From Endomicrobiales bacterium (GTDB lineage Bacteria > Elusimicrobiota > Endomicrobiia > Endomicrobiales > JALOBY01): a stretch of DNA of 64,000 nt. This document shows positions 28,297-39,900 of this stretch, piece by piece. Where the stretch lies: NCBI GenBank assembly GCA_963796955.1, contig CAWCNJ010000007.1, forward strand, positions 1 through 64,000. Reading direction: 5' to 3'. The position numbers were made by a program, and so were the translations under genes. The notes under the pieces were generated by a model. That model was not told the DNA's origin. It did no database searches and saw nothing but the letters and a program-made list of their open reading frames with translations. Within the stretch, counting starts at the first letter, position 1. Every line of letters starts with the position of its first letter.

Positions 28297-29961
28297 TCAG
28301 ATGCTGACTTCTGAAATGCGCAGGAAACCGGTATCTCTGGTCTTAAGCTCAAAGACTTTATTCATATTGAATATGGGCTCTGGTTCGAGGCGGTCATAAC
28401 GGATTATCTGAAAAACATAGACGTGCTCAAAAAGATGATTGTTGAAGCTTTTCAGCAGATCGTCGCGGTGTTCTTTCGCGTATATAAAAGAAACCGCGCC
28501 GTAGTTGCGGGCCGTGAATTCTCCGGGCCAGTCTGAGATCACTAATATGTTGTGAGTCCCTTGTTTTTCCAGGAAATCCATTTCATAGCCGTATTCCATT
28601 GAGCGGGAATACGTGTTCTCGGCCATGTTCTCCACGGTTACAGGGTTATACATCAGGAAAAGCATGGAAGCCGCTGTGATCACCCAAACTCCTTTGTCCT
28701 TTAGGGCGGCTATTTTTACCGCAACGATGATGCAAAGCAACGACAGGATCAAGGCGGTGAGGCAGAAATATCTGAAGCTTCCCGGGACACCGGGGCTCCC
28801 TGCATGGAATGCGGTTATAGCAAGCCAGCTGGCGCCGTAACAAACCATGGCTATCAGAACAAAGTGTTTTTTTTCACGCCCTGCCGGCCAGGTTTCCAGT
28901 ATACATGAGTAGAGCAGGTACAACGCGGCCCCTGCGCCGGCGATATTGATCACAGAGGCATAGGGATAGTAATAGCTGAAGTTAAAAAACGTATTGAAGA
29001 AAGTGTGGGTGTGTTTAAATATGTTCGCTATCGAAAAAGCCGGTTCCCCGGCTGGGTTTTCAAACTTGGTATCAACACAAAAACGCTGCCAAAAAACCGG
29101 CAGCATTAAAACCGGGGTTAAATATATCACACTGGAATTTAGAAAAGATGATCTGACATATTTAAGCGCGGCAAGCATGGGTATAATGATCAGCAAAAAT
29201 AACAGCCCGTCGTACCGCGTGTTGGCAAGCATCAACAGGTTCACCCATAGTAATTGGAAGGCGGGCGCGTCGGGTTTCATTAGATACTTGTAAAGGCATA
29301 TAAAAGAGATGACAATAAATACGACCATCGACAAGTCGAATCCCGCCGATGACGCTGTTTGCGAAATAACCGGCTGCGCAGCCGCCAGCAAAACCGCGCT
29401 GTAGGCATAGACAGCGCCAAAATGCTTTTCGATGAAGATGAAGATCATGGATAGCAGGGAGAAAAGAAAAACAAAGTTTACGGCAAACGGGCTCAGTGCG
29501 CTGTATCCTGCCAGTGTGTGAACAACGCTGGTTAGAAGGGGAAAAAGGAATGGACGCTTATCATTTACCGCGTCTATAACGTTATAGTTGTTATAGTGCC
29601 ACAGGCCCTGCATGGAGTTTTCTACTTTCTTTTCATACAACATTGATTTTGAGACCGCCAGCATGTTGGTTTCATCGCTCAATATTCTAAAATATGGTTT
29701 TGCGCTTACAAATATCACCGCAGACATTAAGAACGCAAAAACAATGCCTTTCCAGTACCGTGTCAGGAATAGTCGCGAATTAAATCCGATGTTTTTAAGG
29801 TACAGGATAGTAACGGTTACCCAGCAGAGAAAAAGCGTCAATATGCAGTAAAATGAAAGCCGTAGATAACAGGTGGTCAGCGCGCTTTTATTTAGAAACG
29901 TCAGTGTCATCACAGCAAGACCGGCCAAAAAAATGAGGATAGCTGGATTTCTCTTTGCCAT
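28297..29961 (-). CDS. GT-C-like polytopic membrane protein, paralog B
   Basis: Paralog of 26558..28237 (FRILSDETN, KRPFLFP, RYDG, YYYPYAS). Confidence 0.65.
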   Translation of the reverse strand: MAKRNPAILIFLAGLAVMTLTFLNKSALTTCYLRLSFYCILTLFLCWVTVTILYLKNIGFNSRLFLTRYWKGIVFAFLMSAVIFVSAKPYFRILSDETNMLAVSKSMLYEKKVENSMQGLWHYNNYNVIDAVNDKRPFLFPLLTSVVHTLAGYSALSPFAVNFVFLFSLLSMIFIFIEKHFGAVYAYSAVLLAAAQPVISQTASSAGFDLSMVVFIVISFICLYKYLMKPDAPAFQLLWVNLLMLANTRYDGLLFLLIIIPMLAALKYVRSSFLNSSVIYLTPVLMLPVFWQRFCVDTKFENPAGEPAFSIANIFKHTHTFFNTFFNFSYYYPYASVINIAGAGAALYLLYSCILETWPAGREKKHFVLIAMVCYGASWLAITAFHAGSPGVPGSFRYFCLTALILSLLCIIVAVKIAALKDKGVWVITAASMLFLMYNPVTVENMAENTYSRSMEYGYEMDFLEKQGTHNILVISDWPGEFTARNYGAVSFIYAKEHRDDLLKSFNNHLFEHVYVFQIIRYDRLEPEPIFNMNKVFELKTRDTGFLRISEVSI

Positions 29962-30042
29962 TATAACGACAATATACCATACATGCGCGGATGATGCAAG
30001 CATTAGAAGATAAATTCCACAGGAGATCTACGCCAAAATCAG

Positions 30043-31704
30043 CTATGCTTTGCTCCCGTACTTTAGAGTTCTTTTCTTATAGATATCATAGGAGTAGCGT
30101 TGATCCGAGGGAAGATATCTAAAGTTTTCCCGGCCCAGGAAAAAGCTTGCCTGCCCATTGTTCGGGTAGCTTTTTACAACACCCACCAGATCGTAATATT
30201 TTTGTGCATAATCGTCGAACCAGTTAAATATCAGGTTGTGCGAACCTTTCTTTTTAAGCCATGAAAGAGGAACGTTCACCCGTACGAGCATTTCTGGAGA
30301 TGCGGTTTCTATCTGGCTTATCATCTCCTTTTGCATTTGCAGGGAGAAAGGAGAGAGTTGCATCAGGGGGTATGTGTAAATGTAACCCGTCGCAGATCTT
30401 CTATCGGCGTAAAAATATATTTGCGGCTCGGATCCGATCACAGCGATGCGGTCATCTTCTTTAGTGTGGGCTCTAATGTAGTCGGCAACGGGCAAAGATT
30501 CAATAAATAAATTACCTGGGAATGATGCTCTGCATACGGCGGAGGGGTTGTCCTTAAAAAGATAATTTCTTTGTCCGATCACAAAACTCAGCAGGGCGGC
30601 GAATGTTATAATAACTGTAATCCTGTCCCGCATGCGTAAGTCTTGGTTCAGGTTCCTGCCTACATTTATAACGGCGATCCCAAACAGTAATGCTATCGCT
30701 GGAAGTACCAATATAAAATAATGCTCACGGTAGTAGTTGCCGATGCTTACTCCGAAAGCAGAAAATATTGTCAGCAGAAGCACTGTAATACCGGATAAAC
30801 CATCTTTAAACGCGAGTATTGGCAGTATACCCATGCCCGCTATCACCCATAAGGGCCACGATGCCGATGTTATTTGTAAAAAACTGTTTTTAAAAAAAGG
30901 GAAGGTAAATTGGACAGCGGAAGCATAATACGCCGCATATTGAAATGTCCAAAACCAAAACTTATCAAAAACTCCCATTTTTAAAAGCGCTGCCGCCGTT
31001 AATATCAATGGTGTAAGTATCCCGGCAAGGTACCATGCGCCGGATGAGGCCGCGATCCTTAGGGAGCGCGGTTTTATGAAAAAAATATGATTGCAAAAAA
31101 TATACAAAAGTCCTGCGGCGGCGAAGACCGATCCTTGTTGTTTTACTATAATGCCCAAACCCAGCAATACGCCGCCCGTAAAATATCCGGATAGGCGCCC
31201 GCGGCCTGTATCGCCGGCATACAGCAGCATCAATATGCCGGCGAGCGCGAACAAAATGACGAAGTGCTCCGCGTTCGCGGAGGCACCCAAAACATTGATG
31301 TCGACGGATAGCAGGGAAAAGCAGGCTGCCGCGTAGATAGCCGTTAATTCATCAAACAGTTTTCTTCCAATAGCCAACAAAAGCAGTGCGCACAATACAT
31401 TGGCAACCATGAGCCCGGTGTGGATACCGCAACAGCTTTGTCCGAAGATCGACATTATGACCGCGTAAACGCCATAAATTCCGGGCATTTTCATGTTGTA
31501 AGCCATTGAATAGGGCGGTACACCCTGTAGCAGAAGCTGTCCGGCGTAGGCGTACTCGCCTTCATCGCGTTCTAATGGCACGTTCATAAGCCGCAGCCGC
31601 ACATAAATGGTTAAAAGCAGGATGACGACCAGCATAGCTCTGGGAATAGCCGCGTGCTTGAAGTTATTATGGGAGTGTTTTAGCTTTTCGTCTTGTGTTT
31701 TCAT
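30043..31704 (-). CDS. Glycosyltransferase family 39 / ArnT-like membrane protein
   Basis: PLERDEGEYAYAGQ..PPY..KMPG, KQ, HYF and GSEPQIYF motifs; multiple TM helices. Confidence 0.8.
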   Translation of the reverse strand: MKTQDEKLKHSHNNFKHAAIPRAMLVVILLLTIYVRLRLMNVPLERDEGEYAYAGQLLLQGVPPYSMAYNMKMPGIYGVYAVIMSIFGQSCCGIHTGLMVANVLCALLLLAIGRKLFDELTAIYAAACFSLLSVDINVLGASANAEHFVILFALAGILMLLYAGDTGRGRLSGYFTGGVLLGLGIIVKQQGSVFAAAGLLYIFCNHIFFIKPRSLRIAASSGAWYLAGILTPLILTAAALLKMGVFDKFWFWTFQYAAYYASAVQFTFPFFKNSFLQITSASWPLWVIAGMGILPILAFKDGLSGITVLLLTIFSAFGVSIGNYYREHYFILVLPAIALLFGIAVINVGRNLNQDLRMRDRITVIITFAALLSFVIGQRNYLFKDNPSAVCRASFPGNLFIESLPVADYIRAHTKEDDRIAVIGSEPQIYFYADRRSATGYIYTYPLMQLSPFSLQMQKEMISQIETASPEMLVRVNVPLSWLKKKGSHNLIFNWFDDYAQKYYDLVGVVKSYPNNGQASFFLGRENFRYLPSDQRYSYDIYKKRTLKYGSKA

Positions 31705-31837
31705 ATGTTCGCCCCTGAGAAAAGTATAGCATATAATCAGCATCTGTAACCCGACATCGCCTACTGGCAAATGATAATTTCTTGTGTTGAATAAGTCTTG
31801 AAATCAGGAAATTTAAAATGTAACATTTGAGAATGAA

Positions 31838-32866
31838 TTGCATAAAATGGCCAGTAGTTTGTTAATTATGAACTTTATTACCGCTGTTTTCTTGTTGGTT
31901 GCTATACTTACTAATACAAATCCGCCTGACGGTCGTGTCTTGATCTCTCATATTGATAAACCCGGATTATCGTACGATCTGTACATCCCAGCGGGAAAAA
32001 TTTCAAAAAAAGCCTTATTGCTGGCCCATGGCATGGTACCGGAAGGCAGCAAAAGTCCTTTGCTTGCGCTTGTGGCCGGCAACCTTGCTTCTATTGCCCA
32101 CATCTCAGTTATGGTACCGTATAACAAAGGGCTGATGGCCTCGCAGATAGGGCCGAACGAGGTTGATGAAACCAGGCTCGCTTTGAATGAAATGGCGCGA
32201 ATATTCCCGGATAAGCGAAAGGGGATAATGTCATTTTGTTATGCCAATGGCGTGGTTCTGTCGGCATTGCATGGTTTTGAGAAATGTCCGGTTGATTTTC
32301 TGGTTTTGTGGGGAAGTTACGCGAACCTGACGGATGCCACGATGTATAGCCTGACTGGCTTTTACCGCCTTAAAGATTCCCTGTTGTATGCAGAGCCTGA
32401 TCAGGATATTCGCAACAGATATTTCGATCAGCGTTACTGGTATTTGTCTTTTGAGCCGAAACGCCGCGAAATTGTTCAAGCTGCGGTAATAAAAGGCGAT
32501 CCTGCCGCTTTGCGCGGCGACGAGCTGTCGGTTTATAAGTTTTTACGCAACAATGACCATAAAAAATTCAACGATCTGTTCAGCAGGCTGCCGGCAGGAT
32601 GTATCTTGTGGCAGGAAAGTATGTCGGCCGCACAGAACTTGAGTTTTCTGCATATACCGGTTATATTCGTTCATAGTAAGCGCGACGTGGTCGTGCCGTA
32701 TCATGAAACGGTGAAGCTGTATGATTCTTATCGTGGCGAAAAGAAGATTTTTTTGCTAGACCTGCTTGAACACGTTGATCCTCTTAAATTCAGTAACAGC
32801 TTCATGGAATCTGTAAGAGGTATTTTTGAATACTACCGCTTCCTGGTCGCCCTTCTCGCCGCCTGA
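31838..32866 (+). CDS. Alpha/beta-hydrolase fold protein
   Basis: LLAHG; elbow GIMSFCYANG; HSKRDVVVP; LEHVDP; hydrophobic N-terminus. Start codon uncertain. Confidence 0.7.
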   Translation: MHKMASSLLIMNFITAVFLLVAILTNTNPPDGRVLISHIDKPGLSYDLYIPAGKISKKALLLAHGMVPEGSKSPLLALVAGNLASIAHISVMVPYNKGLMASQIGPNEVDETRLALNEMARIFPDKRKGIMSFCYANGVVLSALHGFEKCPVDFLVLWGSYANLTDATMYSLTGFYRLKDSLLYAEPDQDIRNRYFDQRYWYLSFEPKRREIVQAAVIKGDPAALRGDELSVYKFLRNNDHKKFNDLFSRLPAGCILWQESMSAAQNLSFLHIPVIFVHSKRDVVVPYHETVKLYDSYRGEKKIFLLDLLEHVDPLKFSNSFMESVRGIFEYYRFLVALLAA

Positions 32867-32870
32867 ACCT

Positions 32871-32926
32871 ATTTCACATCTAATTCACCATTACTTCAGT
32901 CCAATTTCTCATCCTTGCTGTATAAT
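32871..32926 (+). promoter_or_regulatory. 11-bp-periodic TTTCAC box array plus -10
   Basis: atttcac 32871, aattcac 32882, acttcag 32893, atttctc 32904; TATAAT at 32921. Confidence 0.7.
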
Positions 32927-32963
32927 AACTACGAAATAGAAGTGTTCTTCAATTAAATGGGAG

Positions 32964-33194
32964 ATGATTACCATGTCACTCGAAGAATTCATAAGGCTGG
33001 AAGCAAGGGTGCTTGGGGCGGTTAAGGCTAAAGACCCCAATATGGTATGGCAGGCCATAGAATGCGGCGCGGCTGACCGTCTTCGCCTGTATGCCGAAAG
33101 CCGTAACTACAATGTTTCACAGGAAGAAATGACACAGATCATGTGGGCCGAGCTTTGTTACCATGCGGTGCTTAAACCGAATAATGTGCAGTAG
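32964..33194 (+). CDS. Small hypothetical protein
   Basis: 73-76 aa ORF with its own promoter; GGGAG SD best fits the ATG at 32973. Confidence 0.55.
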   Translation: MITMSLEEFIRLEARVLGAVKAKDPNMVWQAIECGAADRLRLYAESRNYNVSQEEMTQIMWAELCYHAVLKPNNVQ

Positions 33195-33307
33195 CCTGCC
33201 TTGGAATGTGCAAAAGTTATTGAAAATATAGATAAAAGCTGTTATGCTATTACTACGGTCGGCAAAAAGTCTGTCTGATAGTGTTTTTTTAATTTGACGC
33301 GTGTGCA

Positions 33308-33366
33308 AAATTTCACAATAATTTTGCATTTATTTTATATATAGTTTCAAGTTGCGGTCGTATAAT
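33308..33366 (+). promoter_or_regulatory. TTTCAC box array plus -10; promoter of the giant-gene operon
   Basis: aaatttcacaataattt is identical to 22599-22615; TATAAT at 33361. Confidence 0.7.
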
Positions 33367-33437
33367 ATAACAGAGCATTCGGATGTGGTTTAATCCCCTG
33401 TTCCGATTTTCGACTTTCTGCCGTAAAGGGTGAAACC

Positions 33438-33992
33438 GTGAAGCAACTGGTCGTGGCGCTCATGATACTTGTGCAATTCACTCACGCTTCCGTCGAAGCG
33501 GTGATCTATTCGGATATCGGCTCGGCGCAGGTTTTTCAGCCTGTTTCCTGCGTGGAGCTTTTAAAGATCGTTTGCGGTAATACCGTCGACAGTCTTAAAG
33601 GCATGGCGGCCCTGGTTAATTTGGCTGCTGCCCGGTCAAAAATGCCGTCGCGCCCCGCAAGAGCCCCGGCGCGGAATGCAAGAAATACGGTGGCGATATT
33701 CCAGCCGGTGCGCCCCGGCGAGAACGGGCGAGATCTATCCGTTTCACCGGTTATGGACGAGCGGATGTATGCGCGCGGGAAAGCAGCTTTTAGCATGTTG
33801 CCTGCTGGGGCGGTAGTGTTATTTATAACTGTTTGCATGTTCTTTTTTCGCCGGGAATTACTTGCCTGGCTGGCAGGCTTTGTACATTTTCCCGGTAATG
33901 TCCTACTACTTATTTTCTTCCGGAAAACCCTGATCACCGTTACACGTGGCCGGGGTTTTCAAATTTCGGAGGCGCCATCATGCGGCGGTTAA
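33438..33992 (+). CDS. Hypothetical protein with a signal-like N-terminus and C-terminal TM segment; overlaps the giant gene start
   Basis: 184-aa ORF directly after the promoter; no recognisable domain. Confidence 0.45.
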   Translation: MKQLVVALMILVQFTHASVEAVIYSDIGSAQVFQPVSCVELLKIVCGNTVDSLKGMAALVNLAAARSKMPSRPARAPARNARNTVAIFQPVRPGENGRDLSVSPVMDERMYARGKAAFSMLPAGAVVLFITVCMFFFRRELLAWLAGFVHFPGNVLLLIFFRKTLITVTRGRGFQISEAPSCGG

Positions 33993-36900
33993 TTAATCTC
34001 TGGCGCGGATTGGTTCTGTGGGTTCAGTCGCTCACGGTAATGAAATCTTTTTGCATTGTGCTGCTTTCGGCATTCTTTATCAACACTATGATGTGGTCGG
34101 GCGGCTACGCCCAGGCGCTGGACGATCAGCGAAATAAAGATAAGCACCAGCACGATGTGCTATATCAGAACCCCGGCTACCTCTCTCCCCAGGCCGCCCA
34201 GAACGGCCCTTATAAACAGCAGTTGGACCCCACCACGAACCAGACTCTTTTGATCAATCGTACCGATGGTACGATCGCCGGAATACGGGATAATGCGACC
34301 GGCATGACCCTGATGTATGTAAAAGATAAGAACGATCCGACCAAAATTACCACGATCGTAACGGATAAGGATGGTAACCGGCTCGGTTCATTTGAAGGTA
34401 CAAAAAGTTTTGCCGACGTAAAAAAAGCAGGGATCACAGAGACGCCGCAAAATGGACCGACGAAGAGAGGTCCCGAAGTACGGAAACAACGCCGCGGCGG
34501 CGATGATGTTGCTCCGGGTGATACTATTAAGGATGGCGACAAAACCGGTAGTTCCGGTCAGCCCGGCTCGGATGGGTTGTCTAAGGGTATTTCCGATTGG
34601 TTGACCGCGTATAATAATGCCGACCCCGCCACACAGGCGTCAATGCTTAAAGATGCCGGCCTTTCCGCTCAGCAGGTAAAGGCGATGTCCAAAGAAACCC
34701 AGGAAAAACTTGCCGCCTATCTGAAATCTAAGGAAGATAAAGATAAAGGAGGCATCACGGCACGGGGCCTTGCACAAAGGCGCGGCGGGCTGAGCGCCTT
34801 TATGGACATGGTACGCAGCGGCGCGACAATGTCGCTGCAAAACCTTGTAAGTTTCTTCTCTAAGAAGACTAATCCCGACGGCACGCAGGCATTGGTAAGC
34901 ATGGCCGATATTCAGGCCGCGGCTGCCGCTAACGGCGTAACGCTTATTGCTTCGCAGACAGATATGGGCGGCCTTGCCGATGCCTCCGCCAACGGTCCGG
35001 TAATTGCCCACCTCGCCGGTTCTAAAGGCCAGCCAGGCTCGTTCGTTCTGGTGACGAATGTAAGCAACGGCAACGTAACGTTTACCAGCGCCGACGGGAA
35101 ACACAGATATACCGTAACGGAAGACCAGTTCAAAAAGATGGGCTTTGACGGTAAAATACTTTCAACAAAGGCCGAAGGAACAGGCCTCAGCGGCAGCGCC
35201 GCTACCGCTACAAAAGGCAATTTTGTAACGCGCCTTCTGGGAAGCATTTGGAAGGCATTTAAAAGCGCCGCAACCCCGGCCGCTACGCCGCCCGCGACAG
35301 GGCCAACCCCGCGTGTAGCGAAATCCAAAGCACAGACGCCGCCAGCGGCTACACCGCCTGCAGCTACGCCGCCGGTAGCAAATCCGCCGACTGGTCCTAC
35401 GCCGGTCGCGCCTACCACGCAGCCCCCTGCTGCTACAAGCCCGGATGCCTCGACGGTTATCACTAACGTCAAAAAATGGATGTACGACTTTTTGCACGCC
35501 GATGCGGCGACCCAGGCAGCCATGCTCGCCAAGCTCGGTCTGACGGCCGGTGTGCTTGCGAGCCTTGGCCTTACGGTGGCGAGTATCGCAAAAAGCCTGG
35601 CACAAAATGGCGACAAGATCATAAGCTACCTTGAAGCTCAGGGCGACAAGATATTCAACTGCGCGGTAGACGCGCTTGGCGGCCTGCTGACCGGGTCTAA
35701 CAAAAACGGTCTTACGCTGAACATGATATTGGTAGATATGGTCACGGGGGGTTTAACCGACCAGGCGGCAGCCGGCGCTCAAAGGATACAATTTAGCTTC
35801 CTCGCCATTAATACCACAGCCAAAGTTAACGGGCTTACCCTTACCGCTGCCAATACGAATATGGCAGGCCTTGGCCAGGCCACCGCGGGCGGTAAACCGG
35901 TCATTGTGCATCTTAATGGAGACAGTACAGGGCATTTCGTTACCGTGACCGGCATTTCCAACGGCACCGTTTATTACACCGATTCAGACGGCACAAAAAA
36001 ATCCATGTCCGAGGCGGATTTTGCCAAATCCTGGTCGGGAGATATCCTTACGCAGGCGCCTGTAACGGCGCCCGGTACAAGAACGCTTAACGCGCGTCAG
36101 CAGGCGACGATAAGGGGTGCCGGCACGCAGTCAGTCGGCTACAAGGCAGCTAATAACGAATACAACCAAAAAGGCGCCACCCTTCAGCAGAAACAGGATG
36201 CTCTCGCCCAACTTATAGCGCTCGCTGCGGGCGGTGATGCAGATGCCAAGGCGTTGCTTAAAAAGATACTCGGTGATAACAAGACCGATCCGAGTTTGAT
36301 AGCCATGATCGTCAATGACCCTACTATGAGGAGCTTCCTCAATTCATTGATCGCTGACAAATCTACCAGTACTACTGTCCTCAAAGCGATCATGGGCAGT
36401 ACCGACGAATCTCTGAAGGTAGGCGCCGGAAGAGCCATTATGTATAGCGGGGCGAACATAACTGATAAAAAATGGGCGTTGGACATACTTTTTGGTGTCC
36501 CTTCCGCCCACAGTTTGCTCACCGAATTGGCGACAAATTGGAACTCTACAGATAAGGAAATTCTTAAGTACATGATGGATCACGGCCCCCGTGATATTTC
36601 TTTTGCGTCCGCTAAAACGTTACTTATAAAGAATCAAGGATATCAAAAAGAAGCCATGGCCATGCTGCAGGGTGTCATGGGTGACCCAACCGCCGCCTGG
36701 AGCGACAGGGTTGCCGCGGCAACTATACTTGCAAACAGCAAAAACGCGGACACCACGGTTAAGGGCCAGTCGGATACGGCGCGCAACCTCGCCGCGCAGT
36801 GGCTTATTGATGTCGCTAACGGTACTATAGCATCAGATGCGGCCACAATGCAGAAGGCGCATGCCGCGCTGGTGACTATGGCCAACGACGGCGACGGTAA

Positions 36901-39900
36901 TACCAGCGATGCAATACTGTTAAAGCTTGCAAAATATAAGGATTCAAACGGCGCCGTTGACGATAGCATCGCGATCCCCGCCGCCAAGATGTTCATATAT
37001 ACCGGCAAGAACCAGAAGGATAAGGATGCCCTGATAACCTATCTTGCCGGTGTGGCGCCGGGAGATAAAAAAGTTGAAGGTTTGCTGGAAGATCTCGCAA
37101 AAAATAAAAAATCCGGACAGGGTACGCTTGAAGATCTCCGGGACTGCGGTATTGCAGTAGTTTCAATATATGCATGCGGGACTCTCTTGAACAACAATTG
37201 GGATACCAGCAATTCTAAAGCCAGACTGTTAGCCTGGATGAACGATACATCAGGTAATACCAGTATGGTTTTGCGTATTGAAGCGGCCGGACAGCTGCTT
37301 AGCAGCGCAAATGTCGATGATACGACTAAAGAATCGGCGATTACCCTTCTCGATCAGGAAGCGTCTGTTATATATGTAGGTGACGGCGGAGATACCGCCG
37401 CCATGCAGGCTGCCCAAAAATATCTTAAAGATTATGCGGCCACCTCAACCAATAACACTGTGCTCTTTTTCCTGCTTTACCATTGCAAGTACGCTCCTGC
37501 GCGCGCCATGGCAGGGACTACCATAATAAACAGCAAAGCAAGCATGACGGATAAGCAGTATGCCATAACTTTCCTTGACGGCTTAGCGCCGACTGATTCC
37601 TACGCTGAGAGCGCTCTTAAAACTATCGCAACCAATACCCGCGATGTACCGGTCTTGAAAGCTCTGTTGAACTGCAATGACAAGAAGGTAGTAATAGCCG
37701 CGGCCCTGACTTGTGTTACCAAAATAAATGATGAAGGTGCCAAGGAGTTGGGTGTTGTAAAACTTCTGGGTCTTTTGAGCGACCCCACCTGCGCCACTCA
37801 GGCGAGTGCCGCATTATTGCAGGTAGCGCAAGACAAGAATTCAGGCAAGACGATATTGCAATGGCTGACAGGTCTGTCGGGTGATAAAAATTTCACTATG
37901 GGCGCTGCCTTGACCGATTCTCTCAGGATCGCCGCAGCCAAAACCCTGGTGACCGGCGGTTTCGATCAGAACGCCCAGAACATGGGCATGGACTTGCTAT
38001 TCCATTATGCCAATGGTGATGATGGTTATACGGCTGATCCCGCGATGAAGCAAAAGGCTATAGATACTCTTTCGGCTGTCGCAGGTACAAGCGGGCTGAG
38101 CCAGACTACCCTCTATCGTTTAGCGGATTGCGGTATACAGCAGATACAGGTACAGGCATGGGAGTCTATAGTATTAAGCCCCTATGCCCAGTCCTCCAAC
38201 GATCCCAATGATACACACTCTAAGGATTATGCGTTAAAACAACTGCATGATCGTGCCAAAACCGATCCTGCTGCGATGACGGCATTAAGAAATATCGCCG
38301 GCAGCAGCAGCGCCAACCTTTCTCAAAAGACATTGCAAACCATTATCGGCTACGGCGCTGATTTCAGCGCTATAGTCGTTACCGCGTTAAAAACCGGTTC
38401 CCTGGGCAAGTATGGCAATATGACGGATGGCACTTCCTTTAACGCGTATTGCGTGCGGCAGTTGATACAGTGCGCGAAAGGCAGCTATACCGACGCCGAT
38501 GGCAATGTTGTAAACCTTTCCGATACGGACCGCAAGAGTGCGCGCGGCTATCTTAAGGATATCGCGGGAAATAGCGATGCCAGTGAAGCGGTGCAAACCA
38601 TCCTGATGAAATTGAACCCGGGCGACGACCCGTCGTTCGGCGACATCGCTATAACCGCGGCGACAACGATAACCCTGGGCAAAAAATATAGCGAAAGCGC
38701 CAAGAACGCGGCGGTAGATACACTGCTTGCCTATGCGGGCGCAAACGGCCAAAGCGTCCCGGGGGAATCACCGGCCGACAAGGCTGAGGCACGCGCAAAA
38801 CTGGGCCTTATCGCGAAAAGCCCCGGCTTGAGCGCGGCCAATATTAGAAAACTTGCAGTGTGCGGTATCGGCAGCATTGAAATTCCTGCGCTTGCCAGCG
38901 AGATCGGCAACAAGAATTTTAAACCTGACGAACAGACCGCGGCGCTCCAGCGGCTTAATTTATATTCTGACGGGCAAAAAGACAGCGAGGGCACTCAGTT
39001 CAAGAAAACTGCGGAAGACGCCCTTGTTGGAATAACCCAAAGAATGGACGTCAGTCAAACTATTTTGGCATGGATGAAAGATCATTGCATGGATCCTGTG
39101 GCTAACATGGCCACCTGTTACGCCCTGGTCCTGCGTTTTTACAGCTCCAAGGACGGGAAGGACGCGCTGCAGGATCTGATCGCCTTTGCTAAAAGCACCA
39201 ATGCGGATACCAAAAAGACCGCACTCAGGTATTTGACGAACCTGACAGAGCCGGAGTACGCTACTGAGCCTGTGTTGGTGTCGTTGCTGGAATGCGGTAT
39301 AGGCTCTATTGCGATAGCCGCTGCGCAAACCCTGCTGGGCCTTTCAAAAGATAATGTTCCTTTTTACCAGGCAGCCCAGAACCTGGCGCTTGCCAAACTG
39401 TTAGCCTACGGCTCCGGAAATGTGCCCGGTGCAGATGCCGGCGACAAGAAACTTGCTCATGATGCCCTGCTCGCCGTAGCTAAAGGACCATATACAGATG
39501 CCGCCATCCTGCAAACGCTGATAGGTTTAACGGATCTCAAGGATTTCGGCGATATTTGCGTGGCCGCCTGCGTTACCGCTTTGACCGGCAATCAACATGG
39601 CACTTTTGATCAAAAGCTGCAGGCAGCGGCATTGGCCCAGCTGTTAAGCTTCTATCACTCTACTGATCCGGACATGGCGGCATTTAAAGATACGGTGCTG
39701 GGCGCGCTCAGGACCGTGGCGCAAAGTCCTAATACGTCCGTAGCCATCCTTAAGATACTTGAAACCTGCGGGATACCCGAAATAGAGGTTGACGCGTCGC
39801 TTGGCGTGCTTATGAGCAATGCCAGCGATACCGACAAACTGGCAGCATATGGCTACCTGAAGAAATTCATACTGGAAGATTCCGATCAGAAAGGCGCCGC

